A stretch of 64,000 bases of DNA from contig JAUCBJ010006096.1 of assembly GCA_032718475.1 (NCBI GenBank), positions 1-64,000 of the forward strand, in the 5' to 3' direction. Origin of the DNA: Nemertoderma westbladi (taxonomy: Eukaryota; Animalia; Xenacoelomorpha). Shown in pieces: positions 61,262 through 64,000 of this stretch; the first letter of the stretch is position 1, and each line of letters opens with the position of its first letter. Position numbers and translations under genes: made by a program. The notes under the pieces were generated by a model. That model searched no databases. It worked only from the letters and a program-made list of their open reading frames with translations, and was not told where the DNA came from.

Positions 61262-64000
61262 TTATGTTGGGGAGTCCCTAGATGTTTGTTGGATTAGGGA
61301 GGTGGTCGTAGGAAGAGTCTCTTGCCTTCCATAGTTCCCGGACAACTCTCGGTCTCTTTCCAGTAAACATAAACGACCAACTGGGCGATTAAGTTGTTGT
61401 GTTTCGAATACAATTCCAGGTTTTTTAAAGTTACGTCGCATGACGACGAGTTCTACCGATCGCACTAAACCATCATCGGATATATGAGTCTCGATGATAC
61501 GACCTGTCTGCCACCTCTTACGTGGAAGATCTGATTCCACGATAAGGACCATGTCTCCGGCGCTGACGTTTTCCTGCTGCGCAAACCACTTTGTTCGAAG
61601 TTGTAGTGTAGGAAGATAATGTTTTTCGAAATGGTCAGCGAAACGACGGGATAATAACTGCATAAGTTGCCAAGTTTGTCGGCAGTATTCATCTCCGTCC
61701 GTGATTTCCGATTGAGGGAGCATGGCTACAGGTTTCTTTAGTAGGAAATGCGCGGGTGTTAGCGCTTCTAGGGAGTCAGGACTCGATGAGACTGGCATAA
61801 GCGGTCTCTCATTAAGATAGGCGGCGATTTCTTCCATTAACGTCCGCAAAAGTTCGTCGGTGAGATACGCGCGGCACGGCACTATAAAGTGAAATGCGGT
61901 CTTCACGCTCCGTATTAGTCTCTCCCAACTTCCTCCCCACCAAGGGGCGTCGGCGGCGTTGAAGGTCCAGCTAGATGTTGTTACCCTTAGCTGATCGTCC
62001 ACCTGTCTTTGGTTCCAATCTTTCACGTAAGCTTTGATCTCATTATTGGTGCCAATGAAGTTCGTTCCTTTGTCGGATCTCATAGTGTTGCTAGTCCCAA
62101 AATGAGCGATCTGTCGGCGTAAACTCAGTATGAATCTGTTGGTAGATAGATCGTTCACCATATCTAGATGGATCGCTCTACAAGTCATACAGACAAAGAA
62201 TATACACCATCGCTTGACTATAGTCCTAGCACGATATACTTCAATAGGGCCAAATAAATCCACACCAGTATTAGTAAAGGGTGGTTCATAGAAGCTTACT
62301 CGTTCCCTAGGTAATTCTGTCTCTCGCTGTGTTAAAGGCCTACTGAATGCTTTCCTACAGGGTATACAGTTCCTAAGAACTTGGTTTAGAGCTCTACGGG
62401 GCTTATGGAAATAATAGTGAGTTCGAATTTCTCTAAGAACTCGTTCCCTATTCCCTACCAGCATGGTAAAGTCTACTGTGAACATCTACAATCATCTTGA
62501 TTTGTATTTCAAGATTTCTAATGAGTATGGGAAACTTAGTGTCAAAGGACAATGGAGCATTAGTTAATCTCCCTCCGACACGTATTAACCCATCTATCAT
62601 TGTGCTAGAGAAACAATCCCTTAAGCGCATCTGTGGATTTCTCAACAACAGGAAATACTTATCAGAATCTTCATAGCATTCCAGGAGTCTCAGTATCTGC
62701 TTATTGGTATCCTCATGTTCTTAATAACTGATCTTCTCAGTCAGAAACCTATCAGACACTTTATAAGTGGGAAGGTCTTTAATAACACGGACTTTTTCAG
62801 ATACTATTGGAGCGGTATCACTAGCGATCTTTGTCCTCGAATAGTGATGATGGAAACATCTTTTTATATACACAACGGCCTTGCAAAGCCGATTCCAGGA
62901 GCTATAATGATCTATTGCTCTCTGTAGGAGAGGGAAGAGTCCTTGCGAGACATCTGGTGTTCCAGATTTCCAGTCTCTTTCCCTGATTTCTATAACGGAT
63001 ATAGTCGTATTTCTCGTAACATCCGCGGGTGAGTTTAGATCCACAGCGTCGTCACCGGAGGTGTGTAGTACAGACAGATCTATCACGGGTTTAAATAAAT
63101 TTGATTTACTTGTCCGGGTTTTAGGTTTGACTTTCTCCCCGCTCCCTTGGCTTGTCTAATCTCCGCCGTGGTGAGATGAGGGGGCCATTCCTCCTCTTCT
63201 TTACTCAGGAAGTCGGGTCCACCTAACCAGTCCGGAGTATCTATCAGTTCTTGAGGAGTTGCTCCTCTGGAGGCGATATCAGCTGGATTAATTGTCCCAG
63301 GGCAATGTCTCCATTGATCTATATTAGAGCGACTGAGTATAATGGCTACTCTGTTGGTAACGAAGATGCTGAACTGACAGACTTCATTTGTTATATACTC
63401 CAGAACGAGTAAAGCATCAGTCCAATAGACAGTTTTCTCTAGTGGATAGTCGATCTGTTCTGTTCCATTCTGGCCGATGGCTGTAGCGTATAGAGCCGCC
63501 TTTAACTCTGATCTAGGAACTCGTAGTTTGTTGTTTATTAGGGCCTTAGAAGCGACCAATGAAACCTTAATTCCATCCGGAGTTTCAACTCTCAGGTAGG
63601 CTACTATACCTATTCCCATATCGCTGGCGTCTCCAAACATATGGAGTTGATAGGAATACGTGGGGAGAACATGACCAAAATATGAACTGGAAATCTTAAA
63701 GTTCTCGATGGATGGTAGAGAATCTTCCCATTTCATCCACTTCTTTAGCAGTTCTCCCTTAAGTGGATCATCCCACGAGTGGTTTTCGAGCCACATTTGT
63801 TGCACTAAGCTCCGAGCAACTAATATAACTGGGCTAATAAATCCCAATGGATCGAAATAAGTGCTCAGGATACTTAGATAAATCCGTTTAGTTCTAACTG
63901 GATTATCTCGTTGTTTTAACTGAAAAAACAAGATATCTCTCTCCGTGTCCCATTTTAATCCAAGCGTCTTGGTTTCCGGAAGATCGTCCTTGATGAGGTC
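61262..64000 (-). pseudogene. BEL/Pao pol 3' half (RNase H, complete integrase), same family as 37273-41458, frameshifted, runs off the window
   Basis: Near-identical peptides (FFQLKQRDNPVRTKR, NPADIASRGATPQEL, TGVDLFGP); includes SDKGTNF, WWGGSWERLI, LNERPL, LTPAHFL, RPVGRLCLL. Confidence 0.95.

Overview
Repeat-rich animal (probably marine invertebrate) DNA with no ordinary spliced host gene visible. 1.7-17.1 kb: two near-identical copies, 7,723 bp apart, of an intronless 11-finger C2H2 zinc-finger gene split by the same +1 frameshift. Each copy is followed ~20 bp after its stop codon by a 37-bp satellite (~96 and ~49 units), and the duplicated block lies between a 44-bp and a 28-bp satellite. 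17-31 kb: nested MITEs (hAT-, MULE-, Harbinger-like, a 6-bp-TSD element), a 5'-truncated RTE-like LINE, and Sola2-like and Gypsy remnants. 34-64 kb: a decayed BEL/Pao element, an intact GalEa-type Ty1/copia with identical LTR sequences, a four-ORF Polinton/adintovirus block (basic core-like protein, major capsid, adenain, Maelstrom-like DEDD protein), a CACTA-like MITE, a second BEL gag-protease, an orphan CCHC ORF remnant and an inverted second copy of the first BEL family. Best candidates for something new: (i) the 37-bp satellite unit reads on the gene's sense strand as a miniature spliceosomal intron (GTATGT...TACTAAC...CAG in edge variants) attached to a duplicated ZnF gene; (ii) the endogenous virus block with a Maelstrom-like nuclease. 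All family calls come from motif recognition by eye, not database searches.
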